Shown in pieces: positions 36,169-46,291 of a DNA stretch of 64,000 bases. The stretch lies in NCBI GenBank assembly GCA_036679605.1, contig JAZDCZ010000327.1:29094-93093 (forward strand), in the 5' to 3' direction. The notes beneath the pieces were generated by a model, which made no database searches, was not told where the DNA came from, and saw only the letters and a list, made by a program, of their open reading frames with translations. This DNA comes from Gemmatimonadota bacterium (GTDB lineage: Bacteria > Gemmatimonadota > Gemmatimonadetes > Gemmatimonadales > GWC2-71-9). The stretch's first letter is position 1, and each line of letters starts with the position of its first letter. The translations under genes and the position numbers were made by a program.

Positions 36169-37367
36169 GGTCACACAAGCTATCTCGAGTCATCGTCGCG
36201 GTGTCGTTCGTTGCCATCGCGATTCTGACTCTGATACCGTCACCCCACAGCGATACCAGTAACTCGTTCGCATGCGTCTTCTGCGGCGAGTTGGGCATGG
36301 CAGATGCGATCCGTAACGTGTTGCTCTTTGTTCCATTGGGTCTCGGCTTGGGACTAACGGGAATGACGCTCCGCAGGGCGGTACTCACAGCCGTACTCGT
36401 TTCCGGCGGCATAGAATTGCTGCAACTCTTCATTCCCGGCCGCGACGCAAGCATCGGCGATGTGATCAGCAACGTGGCGGGATGCGCCCTCGGCATTGCG
36501 ATCGTCGCGACCGCGAAGTGGTGGATATTTCCAACGCGACGTTTGGCGGGCAAGCTGGCGTTGGCATGGGCTGTTCTTGTCTCAAGCACGATCGCATTCA
36601 CTGGCTACCTGTTGCAACCGTCGTTTCCGCAATCGACGTATTACGGCCAGTGGACACCGCGGTTCGGCAACATGGAGTGGTATCGTGGCAAGATCTTAGA
36701 CGCGCGTATCGGATCGCGGTTCATCAGATCGTGGAATCTCGAGCATTCGGACTCGGTGCGCACAGACTTACTGAGGGGTGTGCCCATCGAGATCCTGGCG
36801 TTAGCAGGCCCGAGCGTTCCCGATCTGGCGCCGTTATTCAGTATCGCGGACGAACATCAGCGTAGGATCCTACTGATCGGCCGGGACCGAGACGATCTCG
36901 TATATCAGTTCAGAACGCGAGCGGCCGACTTCAGATTGGATCAACCCGACTTAAGAGTCGCCGGTGCAATGAACGTAACTGCCGGTGACACGCTCAACGT
37001 CAAAGTATCGTCGGGCCTCAAGGAATACTGCGTGTCCGTAAACCACAACGAGACGTGCGGCCTAGGGTTCACTGCCGGCACGGGATGGAAACTGCTGGGC
37101 CGCGTAGACCATCTGCCTCCGGCTGTCAAAACCATTCTGAACGCCGGCTGGATGGCGATGCTCTTGGTACCGCTGGGCTACTGGGTGCGGTTCACAGCTA
37201 CAGCTGGCGCAGGACTAGTTGTGGTCGTATCGACACTACTACTGGTTCCCACGTGGACCGGGCTACTCCCCACCCCGCCACACCAGTGGATCGGTGCACT
37301 GATGGGACTTGCAGCCGGGTTGTTGCTGCGCAAAGCTACCAGTCCCCAGGCTCGCTCCTGGGGTTAG
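36165..37367 (+). CDS. VanZ family membrane protein with a periplasmic beta-domain
   Basis: DAIRNVLLFVPLG, IELLQLFIPGRDASIGDVISNVAG; TTG start overlapping the upstream stop. Confidence 0.8.
   Translation: MRSHKLSRVIVAVSFVAIAILTLIPSPHSDTSNSFACVFCGELGMADAIRNVLLFVPLGLGLGLTGMTLRRAVLTAVLVSGGIELLQLFIPGRDASIGDVISNVAGCALGIAIVATAKWWIFPTRRLAGKLALAWAVLVSSTIAFTGYLLQPSFPQSTYYGQWTPRFGNMEWYRGKILDARIGSRFIRSWNLEHSDSVRTDLLRGVPIEILALAGPSVPDLAPLFSIADEHQRRILLIGRDRDDLVYQFRTRAADFRLDQPDLRVAGAMNVTAGDTLNVKVSSGLKEYCVSVNHNETCGLGFTAGTGWKLLGRVDHLPPAVKTILNAGWMAMLLVPLGYWVRFTATAGAGLVVVVSTLLLVPTWTGLLPTPPHQWIGALMGLAAGLLLRKATSPQARSWG
37344..37367 (+). repeat. REP-like palindrome, copy 4 (supplies the VanZ stop codon)
   Basis: CCCCAGGCTCGCTCCTGGGGTTAG. 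Confidence 0.65.
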
Positions 37368-37395
37368 CGCGCCACTTGGCACGACCTAGATCGAG

Positions 37396-37529
37396 GCCCT
37401 TCGCGCAGCACGCCGGTGTGATCCCGGAGCGCGCGTTGGTTTGCGGTGGAAAGCACCTGGGATATCGCTTTGCTCGCGAACCACAGCGCGCGGAGAGACA
37501 GTGCCGGCGTGCAGAGCGACGGAGGGTCC
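37396..37529 (+). repeat. ~130-bp palindromic dispersed element, copy 2
   Basis: GCGCAGCACGCCGGTGTG...CTCGCGAACCACAGCGCGCGGAGAGACAGTGCCGGCGTGCAGAGCGACGG. Confidence 0.8.
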
Positions 37530-37557
37530 AAACTTAGGGCTCGCGACACACCATGCC

Positions 37558-38469
37558 TCACAACCCAACTAACCTGCCGCTCTCAGCCCAGAGCCGCTCA
37601 GCTACCTCTTCGTCATGGGCGATCTGTGCCGGTACCGCCTCTTTACACTTGACGAAGTACCGACCGGACACACCGGCAACTTCCTGCGACGTGGCAAGGT
37701 AGATACTCGTTGCCGCAGCCTGCTCGGGGGTGTCGAGACCGCTGGGAAACAGCCGCCACTTGATACGGTCCACAACGTACTTGACAGCCAGTGCTACTTT
37801 GTTGGGCTGGCGAGCCGGTTCCGTGGTGGGCGGGCGGGCCACGGTCTCGGCTTCGCCAAAGGCCGCAAGCAACGGAGTCTGCACGACCCCCGGGTGAAGG
37901 CAATTGACCGTAACTCCAGTACCCTCGAGCCGCCGTGCCAGGGCAAACGTGAACAAGATGTTGGCCAACTTGGATCGGCGGTACACGTCCAGTCCGGCGT
38001 AGGTCTGCTCTCCCTGGAGATTGTCAAAATCCATGTCGTGAGCGTGGACCTGAGACGAGACATTGATGACTCGGGCCGGCGCCGAGGCTTTGAGAGTTTC
38101 GAGCAGGAGATTGGTTAGCAGAAAGGGCGCCAGGTGGTTCACGGCCAGGGTTCGCTCGATGCCATCTGCCGTGAGTTCCCTGCGGGGACACACAATGCCT
38201 GCGTCGTTGATCAACACGTGGATGGCCGGATGTCGGCTCAAGAGAGTGGCGGCCAGCTGCCGAACGGCCGGCTGCTCCGATAGGTCCACTGCAGCAAATT
38301 CGACCTCGCTGTTGCCACTCTGCTGTACGATATCCGCAACTGCTTGCGCTCCACGGGCCGGATCTCTTCCCACCAGAACGAGCTTGGCGCCGGCCTTCGC
38401 GAGGCCGAGGGCCGTGGCTTTGCCTATTCCCGAGGTACCTCCAGTAATCACACAGGTCTGTTGGTCCAA
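37558..38469 (-). CDS. SDR family oxidoreductase (retinol dehydrogenase-like)
   Basis: ITGGTSGIG, LINDAG, NHLAPFLL, NVSS, YRRSK, HPGVV. Confidence 0.92.
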   Translation of the reverse strand: MDQQTCVITGGTSGIGKATALGLAKAGAKLVLVGRDPARGAQAVADIVQQSGNSEVEFAAVDLSEQPAVRQLAATLLSRHPAIHVLINDAGIVCPRRELTADGIERTLAVNHLAPFLLTNLLLETLKASAPARVINVSSQVHAHDMDFDNLQGEQTYAGLDVYRRSKLANILFTFALARRLEGTGVTVNCLHPGVVQTPLLAAFGEAETVARPPTTEPARQPNKVALAVKYVVDRIKWRLFPSGLDTPEQAAATSIYLATSQEVAGVSGRYFVKCKEAVPAQIAHDEEVAERLWAESGRLVGL

Positions 38470-38530
38470 TTGATAGAAGTCCCCTCATGTTAGCTAAAGA
38501 ATCTCCGATGCACATCAAGAAACTCCGACG

Positions 38531-38548
38531 TGTTGCACACACGCAACA
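38531..38548. promoter_or_regulatory. Palindrome TGTTGC-N6-GCAACA in the divergent SDR/PKS promoter region
   Basis: TGTTGCACACACGCAACA. Confidence 0.55.
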
Positions 38549-38783
38549 CCCTGCTGCAGGGGTGGGTTGCGTCCATGGCCTGACCAGTCGAGAAAGCAGC
38601 AAGTCGGGCTATTCCCCGCAGTATACGTGCGTTTTACTCGCCACCTTCGACTTGGCAGCGGCACAATAATTGACTTACTCGTCACGACTGCGAGCGCCTC
38701 TTCGGTGACGTTCTGAAAATCTGACAAAAGAAAGTAATACGAACCGTGACGCACCCAGCACCCACGGCCAACTAGACCGCAAA

Positions 38784-41700
38784 ATGCCAGCGAACTCTGA
38801 CTTGAATTCACAGACTTGCATAGCGGTCGTCGGCAGAGCCGCACGATTTCCCGGCGCTCCCAGCGTCGATCAATTCTGGCGCAATATACGCGACGGCGTG
38901 GAATCCATTCGAGCCCTCTCTGACGACGAACTCCGAGAGGCGCAAGTTCGCGAAGCGTTACTGTCCGACCCAACCTACGTGAAACGGGGAGCCCCGCTGG
39001 ACAATATGGAGGGGTTCGATGCGCAGTATTTCGGATTCAACCCCAAAGATGCGGCGATCATGGACCCGCAGCATCGTCACTTCCTTGAGTGCTCCGTCGA
39101 GGCATTGGAGAACGCGGGCTACGCGCCGGAGTTTTTCCCTGGGAGCATTGGCGTGTTCGCCGGCTCAGGCATGCATGCTTACATGATGTTCAATCTGGTA
39201 ACCAACCCGGATCTCGTAGAAGATGTGGGCCTGTTTCTCCTCCGACACACGGGGAACGACAAGGACTTCCTGTGCACACGGGCGTCTTACGAACTCAACC
39301 TGACGGGCCCGAGCGTGAACGTGCAGACGGCGTGCTCGACCTCGCTCGTGGCAATTCACGTTGCGTCTCAAAATCTCCTGAATGGAGAGTGCGACATCGC
39401 CCTTGCTGGGGGGGTGACCATCGAGATTCCCCACAGGCGCGGATACCTGTACCAAGAGGGAGAGATTCTCTCGCCCGATGGGCATTGTCGGGCATTTGAT
39501 GCTAGTTCGAAGGGAACGGTCTTCGGAAGTGGAGTGGGTGTCGTTGTCTTGCGCCGCTTGGAAGATGCCATCAACGACGGAGACCAGATCTATGCCGTTA
39601 TTCGCGGGTCCGCTGTCAATAATGATGGTTCAACCAAAGTCGGATATCTCGCCCCCTCGGTGGACGGCCAGGCCGCCGCCTTAGCCGAGGCTCTGGCAGT
39701 GGCTGGTGTTGATCCCAATTCTATTACCTACATCGAGACTCACGGGACGGGGACACCTGTAGGTGACCCTATCGAGATTGCGGCGCTGCAGCAGGGATTC
39801 GGAGACTGCGAGAGGAAACAGTTCTGCGCGATAGGATCCGTCAAAACAAACATCGGCCACACCGACACAGCCGCCGGAGTTGCTGGGTTCATAAAGACAG
39901 TTGAGGCCCTCCGTCACAAGAAGATTCCACCCAGCCTGCACTTCAGAGAGCCCAACTCAGCCATCGACTTTGCTCAGTCTCCGTTCTACGTGAACGCGGC
40001 TCTCTCCGATTGGTCGAGCCGTGACACTCCGCGTCGGGCTTGCGTGAACTCGATCGGCGTCGGTGGAACCAATGCCCATGTGGTGTTGGAGGAAGCACCT
40101 TCGCTCGATCCATCCGAACCGTCACACTCCTGGCAGCTACTGACACTCTCAGCGAAGACATCGGACGCGCTGGAAGCAGCCACGACAAATCTTTCTGATC
40201 ACCTCAGGGAATACCCGGACCTCAATCTTGCCGACGCGGCATACACGCTCCAACTAGGACGAAGCACACACAGGTACCGCCGCTCCGTTGTGGCAGACAA
40301 TCCTTCGCGCGCGGCGGATGCGTTGGAAAATCCAAACTCTGACCGCGTGAACACCAATGAAGCGCCAGATGCAAAGCGGTCCATTGCGTTCATGTTCGCG
40401 GGCGGCGGCGCACAGTATCCCACCATGGGCTTGGGTCTGTACGACCACGAACCAACCTACCGCCAAGAGATCGACCGTTGCCTCGAGTTCTTGGATTCAC
40501 AAATCGACTTCGACCTCAGAAGCTTGCTCTACCCAGATTCGAACCAAATGGACCAGGCGGCAGCGGAACTGGAACGCCCGTCCCGGGCGCTCCCCGCCTT
40601 GTTCATAACGCAGTACGCCCAAGCCAGGCTGTGGATGTCTTGGGGAATCGAGCCCGAAGTCATGATCGGCCATAGCATGGGCGAGTACACCGCGGCCTGT
40701 TTGGCAGGGGTCTTTTCACCCGAAGACGCGATGCGGCTGGTGCTCCTACGCGGTCGACTGTTTGAGCGTCTACCGAAGGGCACCATGCTCAGTGTCCCCT
40801 TGGGACAATCGGAACTCGAACAATTCCTGTCCGACGACCTGTCGATCGCAGCCGTCAACGCACCTGACCTCTGTGCAGCCTCAGGCCCAGTTGCATCGAT
40901 CGATAAACTCGAAGCACGTCTTGGCGAACGTGAGATCGATGCGCAACGCATACGCATCGCCGTCGCAGCTCATTCGTCGATGTTGGATGACATTCTGGAA
41001 GATTTCAGAGAGTACTGCCAGACCCTGGACTTGAGGTCGCCGCAAATCCCGGTTGCGTCGAACCTCTCGGGAGCGTGGTTAACCGCCCAGGAAGCATGTG
41101 ATCCCGAATACTGGACCAAACATTTGAGACACACTGTGCGCTTCGCTGATGGTATTGGCCTGCTGTTGCAACAATCCGAACGGACTCTGCTGGAGATTGG
41201 ACCCGGGCGAACGCTTGCCACTCTCAGTCGGATGCACTCGGATTTCGGCTCGAATCACATGACCATCACCTCGATGCGCCATCCCGACGAGCACGATTCC
41301 GACTGCGAGTTCATGCTCAAATCGCTGGGCGAGATGTGGCTCGCGGGCATTCAACCATCATGGGACAGTCTGCACCAGCACCAGAGGCGGCGCAGAGTTG
41401 CGCTACCGACATATCCCTTCGAGCATCGCCGCTATTGGATTGATGCCGAACCCAGTGCGATCGCATCAATCGAGCAGAGCGAGACCGCACTCGAGCGGAG
41501 GCCCGACCCGAGCGATTGGTTCTACCGCCCGGTGTGGAAACCGGAACCGCTCGCCGCAGATGACATCAAGCTCGCAGGCCGTCGGTTCCTCGTTTTCGCC
41601 GACGACCACGGATTCGCCGACCTGCTCACTACACGACTCCGCGACGGCGGAGCAAGAGTTCGAGTGGTCCAGCAGGCCACTGAGTTCGCCCAACTGGATG

Positions 41701-44600
41701 ACACAGCCTATACGGTGCATACAGGTGATTCTGGCGACTTCGAACGCCTGGTTCAAAGCGTGTGGGCCCAAGAGTTACCTCCGACAGATGTATTACACAT
41801 GTGGTCGCTCAGCGTTTCGCCCTCGGACGTGACACCGGACAACCTCGGGGATGTGGAGGAGCGCTCTTTTTACAGCTTGATGCTGCTGGCCCAGGCCCTC
41901 GGGACGCACGACGTGACCGCGCCACTTCGGTTAACGGTTCTCACCAATGGAGCGCAGCAAGTTGGAGCCGAGACAGTTCCCTACCCCACACAGGCATTGG
42001 TAGCCGGCCCGTGCCAGGTCATTCCGCGCGAGCTACCCAACATCGCCGCGAGCACGATAGATCTCGACGGGCTCGACGTGAAGGATGGTGCCTGGCTCGA
42101 GCCGATAGTCGCTGAACTCGGCACGGATCAACCGACTGCCCACATCGCTCTACGCGGGCGCGAGAGGCTTGTGAAAGACTGGGAGCACGTCCGGCTACAT
42201 ACTAAGGCGGTGCCGCGACTTCGAGAAGGAGGCGTCTACATCATCACTGGTGGGCTCGGTGGTATTGGCCTCACGGTCGCAGAGAGCATCGCTCGGAGGG
42301 TAAACGCAAAGCTCGTTCTCACGGCACGAACTCGGTTCCCCGACAGGAATGAGTGGGTGACATGGCTGGAAACACACCCCGATTCCGACCCAACTCGCGG
42401 CCGCGTGAGCAAGCTCCAGGAAATCGAGGCACTCGGCTCAGAGGTACTGCCAATCACAGCAGACGTGATGGACGAAGACGAAATGAATGCGCTGGTCGCG
42501 CAGGCCAAGAAACAGTTCGGAGCGATCCACGGGGTGGTACACGCAGCAGGCATACTCAACGACGGCCTGCTACAGTTGAAGGAACGGGGGGACGTCGATG
42601 GGGTTCTCGGGCCAAAGGTGAGGGGAACTCTGGTACTCGATCGCTGCCTGGCCGATGTCGACCTCGACTTCTTCATCTCCTGCTCGTCGATCAGTACGAT
42701 CACGGGCCCGGCCGGGCAAATTGACTACGTTGCCGCAAATGCTTTCCTAAACGCGTTTGCACATCACCAAGCTGCCAGGCACAGCACCTTTGCCTGTGCA
42801 ATCAATTGGCCTGCTTGGAGAGAGGTGGGGATGGCGGCGAAGCTGCTGAACGGTGCAGTTCCAAGTACGGACAGCCCCTCCAGCAACCACCCGCTCCTCG
42901 AGCGCTGTGTCGAGAACTCCGGTCCAATGACCGTTTACACCACTGATCTCGCCGCCGCAGAACATTGGGTTCTGAGCGAACACCGTCTCCGGGACGGGCC
43001 GCATTTGATGCCCGGTGCTGCATACTTGGAATTGGCACGCGCCGCCTTCGCGGCGGCCCCTGAAGAATGCGTCGAGTTCCGTGATGTTTTCTTTGTGTCG
43101 CCATTCGCGGTCGATCCGGACGGTAAACGGGAACTCATGGTCCAGATACATAGGAACGGAACAACTGCAGAGTTTGAGTTCGTGAGCGTCACCGAATCCG
43201 GCAAACAGCAACACGCGCGCGGCGAAATTGCCCAGGTCCCTCGGTCGACGCCAGAACGACTTGGACTGGACGAGGTCGCCGCCCGGTGTAACAGCCGGAG
43301 TGAGGAATTCAACGATACCGATCACCACCAACAAATCGCATTCGGCCCCCGGTGGGGATGCCTGAAGCGGATCGACTATGGTCTTGACGAAGCTCTCGTA
43401 TCCTTGGAACTCTCGGCAGAGTACATCGACGACCTCCAAGACTTCAAGCTACATCCCGCTATGCTTGACATGGCCACGGCCGGTGCCCAGTCGTTGATTC
43501 ACGACTTCGACCCGACACAAGATTTCTATGTTCCCGTAGGGTACGGCCGCCTGTTACTCTCCGGTGAACTCCCTCCCCGGCTAGTCAGTCACATCCGGTA
43601 TCGACCGAACCCTCCTGGTCAACACGATAGGGATGTCGCCGTTTTCGACGTAACCGTCATGGACGAGTCCGGTCTCGAGTTGGTGTTGATCGAAGAGTTC
43701 ACGATGCAACGGGTTCCAGCCGATTCGGCCTCCTCACTGGTGGTAGCCGGCAAGAGTGTGCCGATCGGTTCGGAGTATTGGTCGTCGCAGGGCTCTGCCC
43801 AAACCAACCAGCTGCTTGCGCGGGCCTTGGAACTCGGCCTGGATCCGGACGAAGGAGCGGACGCTTTCGAACGAATCCTCAGCGGACAACAGCCTGGCGC
43901 ACAGGTGGTCGTTTCGCCATATCCGCTTGCTGCAATTATCGAAGACGCCGCTTCAATGGACGAGCACGATGCAGGAACGGGAGAACCACCGCTCGAGCAG
44001 CCGACGGAGCTTAAAGAGGTGGAGAAGCTACTAGTAGACCTCAACGCCATAACTGCGGCCGGCGTCCGGGCATTTCGAGATCGCAACGCGACACAACGAG
44101 TCGCCGCCTTTGTAGTATACGATTCGATGGAACAGACGACGGTGAGCGAGTTGCGCAGGCACATCCGAAAGAATGTGTCCCAGGAATTCGTACCACAACA
44201 GTTCGTCGAAATTGACGACCTCCCGTTAACACCGACCGGCGGGATCAACTATGCGGACCTGCCTAATCCATTTGCCGAGGACGACGATTATGTCGCGCCG
44301 CGAACCGAGACCGAAAAGCAAATCGCCACCATCTGGCGTGGCGTTCTGGGAATCGAGCGAGTCAGCGTGCACGACAATTTCTTTGACATCGGAGGACACT
44401 CACTGCTTGGGATCAGGGTCATTACGCGTGTCAATAAACAGCTCGGTATACGCCTCAATCAAGCCATCATGGTTCTTCAAACACTGGAGCAGATAGCGCG
44501 GGAATGTGATACCGCAGCTACCCGTGTAACCGACGGCGAAGAAACGAGCAAACCACAGAGCCTCCTGAGTTCGGTCAAGGCCGCCGTGATCGGACGATGA
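38784..44600 (+). CDS. Type I polyketide synthase: KS-AT-KR-DH-(A-subdomain-like)-carrier
   Basis: KS: MDPQHR, QTACSTS, HGTGT, KTNIGH. AT: GHSMG, AAHS. KR: GGLGGIG, HAAG, YVAAN. DH: SEHRL...MPG, HPAMLD. Carrier: FFDIGGHSLL. Confidence 0.95.
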   Translation: MPANSDLNSQTCIAVVGRAARFPGAPSVDQFWRNIRDGVESIRALSDDELREAQVREALLSDPTYVKRGAPLDNMEGFDAQYFGFNPKDAAIMDPQHRHFLECSVEALENAGYAPEFFPGSIGVFAGSGMHAYMMFNLVTNPDLVEDVGLFLLRHTGNDKDFLCTRASYELNLTGPSVNVQTACSTSLVAIHVASQNLLNGECDIALAGGVTIEIPHRRGYLYQEGEILSPDGHCRAFDASSKGTVFGSGVGVVVLRRLEDAINDGDQIYAVIRGSAVNNDGSTKVGYLAPSVDGQAAALAEALAVAGVDPNSITYIETHGTGTPVGDPIEIAALQQGFGDCERKQFCAIGSVKTNIGHTDTAAGVAGFIKTVEALRHKKIPPSLHFREPNSAIDFAQSPFYVNAALSDWSSRDTPRRACVNSIGVGGTNAHVVLEEAPSLDPSEPSHSWQLLTLSAKTSDALEAATTNLSDHLREYPDLNLADAAYTLQLGRSTHRYRRSVVADNPSRAADALENPNSDRVNTNEAPDAKRSIAFMFAGGGAQYPTMGLGLYDHEPTYRQEIDRCLEFLDSQIDFDLRSLLYPDSNQMDQAAAELERPSRALPALFITQYAQARLWMSWGIEPEVMIGHSMGEYTAACLAGVFSPEDAMRLVLLRGRLFERLPKGTMLSVPLGQSELEQFLSDDLSIAAVNAPDLCAASGPVASIDKLEARLGEREIDAQRIRIAVAAHSSMLDDILEDFREYCQTLDLRSPQIPVASNLSGAWLTAQEACDPEYWTKHLRHTVRFADGIGLLLQQSERTLLEIGPGRTLATLSRMHSDFGSNHMTITSMRHPDEHDSDCEFMLKSLGEMWLAGIQPSWDSLHQHQRRRRVALPTYPFEHRRYWIDAEPSAIASIEQSETALERRPDPSDWFYRPVWKPEPLAADDIKLAGRRFLVFADDHGFADLLTTRLRDGGARVRVVQQATEFAQLDDTAYTVHTGDSGDFERLVQSVWAQELPPTDVLHMWSLSVSPSDVTPDNLGDVEERSFYSLMLLAQALGTHDVTAPLRLTVLTNGAQQVGAETVPYPTQALVAGPCQVIPRELPNIAASTIDLDGLDVKDGAWLEPIVAELGTDQPTAHIALRGRERLVKDWEHVRLHTKAVPRLREGGVYIITGGLGGIGLTVAESIARRVNAKLVLTARTRFPDRNEWVTWLETHPDSDPTRGRVSKLQEIEALGSEVLPITADVMDEDEMNALVAQAKKQFGAIHGVVHAAGILNDGLLQLKERGDVDGVLGPKVRGTLVLDRCLADVDLDFFISCSSISTITGPAGQIDYVAANAFLNAFAHHQAARHSTFACAINWPAWREVGMAAKLLNGAVPSTDSPSSNHPLLERCVENSGPMTVYTTDLAAAEHWVLSEHRLRDGPHLMPGAAYLELARAAFAAAPEECVEFRDVFFVSPFAVDPDGKRELMVQIHRNGTTAEFEFVSVTESGKQQHARGEIAQVPRSTPERLGLDEVAARCNSRSEEFNDTDHHQQIAFGPRWGCLKRIDYGLDEALVSLELSAEYIDDLQDFKLHPAMLDMATAGAQSLIHDFDPTQDFYVPVGYGRLLLSGELPPRLVSHIRYRPNPPGQHDRDVAVFDVTVMDESGLELVLIEEFTMQRVPADSASSLVVAGKSVPIGSEYWSSQGSAQTNQLLARALELGLDPDEGADAFERILSGQQPGAQVVVSPYPLAAIIEDAASMDEHDAGTGEPPLEQPTELKEVEKLLVDLNAITAAGVRAFRDRNATQRVAAFVVYDSMEQTTVSELRRHIRKNVSQEFVPQQFVEIDDLPLTPTGGINYADLPNPFAEDDDYVAPRTETEKQIATIWRGVLGIERVSVHDNFFDIGGHSLLGIRVITRVNKQLGIRLNQAIMVLQTLEQIARECDTAATRVTDGEETSKPQSLLSSVKAAVIGR

Positions 44601-44601
44601 A

Positions 44602-45378
44602 ATGAACCCGCTCTATTTCGGGTCCGCCGACAGGCCCCTGTTCGGCGTCTATCACCGCCCAAAGGGCACGCCGCGAAATTCGGGCGTTGTCTTGTGCTAC
44701 CCGTTCGGGCAAGAATACATGCGTTCGCATCGCGCATTCCGGCAACTGGCGTTGTTGCTCTCCAAGCGCGGCTTCCATGTATTCCGCTTCGACTACTTCG
44801 GCACCGGCGACTCCGCGGGCCGAAGCGACGAAGGGGACGTGCGTCAGTGGTTGGAGGATATTAGCACCGTCATCGAGGAGCTAAAGGATACCGCTGCAAT
44901 CGAATCAGTCTCTTTGGTTGGGCTTCGGCTTGGCGCAACCCTGGCAGGCTATGCCACAGCCGAGCGAACTGATATTGATCAGCTCGTGCTCTGGGATCCA
45001 CTAGTGAGCGGAGAGTCCTATGTCCAGGAGATTATGCCCCCACATCTTCCCTCGTCGGGAAACGGTTCCTCCTCAGACGCAATCTGTGGAGTCATGGGAT
45101 TCCCGGTTACGGTAAAGCTTAGGGAGAGCATCGAGGTGCTTGATCTCCTGGCGCCCCCCACCGCAAAGGCGCAGAACATATTCGTGGTAAGCTCACATGA
45201 GAGTACGGAATTCACTGGTTTGGCTGAGCACCTTCAAGTCACACATTCTTCGGTCACGTACTTGTGCGTTCCCTCACCGGGCAATTGGAATGAGGTCGAC
45301 AATTTTGGCGGTGCACTTATCCCGCAAGCTATCATTCAAGCCATTGTTGCTCACCTGATGGAGCATTGCGATACATGA
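44602..45378 (+). CDS. Alpha/beta hydrolase fold protein, similar to exosortase A-associated hydrolase 2
   Basis: PFGQEY, RFDYFGTGDS, GLRLGA elbow (no Ser), LWDP. Confidence 0.8.
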   Translation: MNPLYFGSADRPLFGVYHRPKGTPRNSGVVLCYPFGQEYMRSHRAFRQLALLLSKRGFHVFRFDYFGTGDSAGRSDEGDVRQWLEDISTVIEELKDTAAIESVSLVGLRLGATLAGYATAERTDIDQLVLWDPLVSGESYVQEIMPPHLPSSGNGSSSDAICGVMGFPVTVKLRESIEVLDLLAPPTAKAQNIFVVSSHESTEFTGLAEHLQVTHSSVTYLCVPSPGNWNEVDNFGGALIPQAIIQAIVAHLMEHCDT

Positions 45379-46289
45379 CAGATCGTGCGATCCGCTTCGG
45401 GCCACAGAAATCCCTAGTTGGTATTCTCACTGAACCCTCCGGGACTCGAAACTACGAGCAGCGCCCGGCCCTTATTCTGCTGAACTCTGGAATTCTCCAC
45501 AGAGTGGGCGCCTGCCGGCTGCATGTAAACATGGCCCGCATGATCGCAGCTCAGGGCATCCCCTCCCTGCGCTTCGACTTTTCAGGCATAGGGGACAGCG
45601 GGTCACGCCGCGACGCCCTTGCATTCGAGGAAAGTGCGCCGCTAGAGATCTCAGACGCGATGGACTTTCTCGAGAAGAATCGCGGAATAAGCGAATTCAT
45701 ACTGTTCGGTTTATGCTCAGGGTCTGACATGGCATTCGACGCCGCCGCTCAAGATCAGAGAGTCAAGGGGCTGATGCATATCGACGCTTGGCCATACCGT
45801 ACATGGAAATACTACTGGCACCGTTATCGCGGTAGAATCGCCAAACCGTCCGCGTGGACAAGCTTCGTGGCTCGGCGTCTAAGGTCAGTGTATTCGATGC
45901 GGGGTGACGGCGCAGATGAGGAGATTCCCGAGGACCTCGACTTGCCAACTTATGTCCGGGAACTTCCACCTAAGAAACAAGTTGCCAGAACGCTCGAGAG
46001 CCTGATCAGTCGCGGCGTTCAGATGCTGTACATATTCTCGGGCGGACAGTGCGACTACAACTACCGCAATCAGCTCAGAGACGCGTTCCCTCGCGTTAGG
46101 TTCGGCAACACTCTGACCTTGGAGCACGTTCCTGACGCCGACCATATCTTTACGGGTCTCGACCACCAGAGGTGGGTCTTGAACAATGTGAGTCAGTGGG
46201 TCGGTGAACGATGGCCGCTGCTAACCGATGAGGAGAGCGCACTCGATGGGAACCTCTCACAACAGCCACTGCAGGAGGTCCGTAGGTAA
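45375..46289 (+). CDS. Alpha/beta hydrolase fold protein, similar to exosortase A-associated hydrolase 1
   Basis: NSGILHRVG, RFDFSGIGDS, GLCSG elbow (Cys), ADHIF. Confidence 0.8.
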   Translation: MTDRAIRFGPQKSLVGILTEPSGTRNYEQRPALILLNSGILHRVGACRLHVNMARMIAAQGIPSLRFDFSGIGDSGSRRDALAFEESAPLEISDAMDFLEKNRGISEFILFGLCSGSDMAFDAAAQDQRVKGLMHIDAWPYRTWKYYWHRYRGRIAKPSAWTSFVARRLRSVYSMRGDGADEEIPEDLDLPTYVRELPPKKQVARTLESLISRGVQMLYIFSGGQCDYNYRNQLRDAFPRVRFGNTLTLEHVPDADHIFTGLDHQRWVLNNVSQWVGERWPLLTDEESALDGNLSQQPLQEVRR

Positions 46290-46291
46290 GC

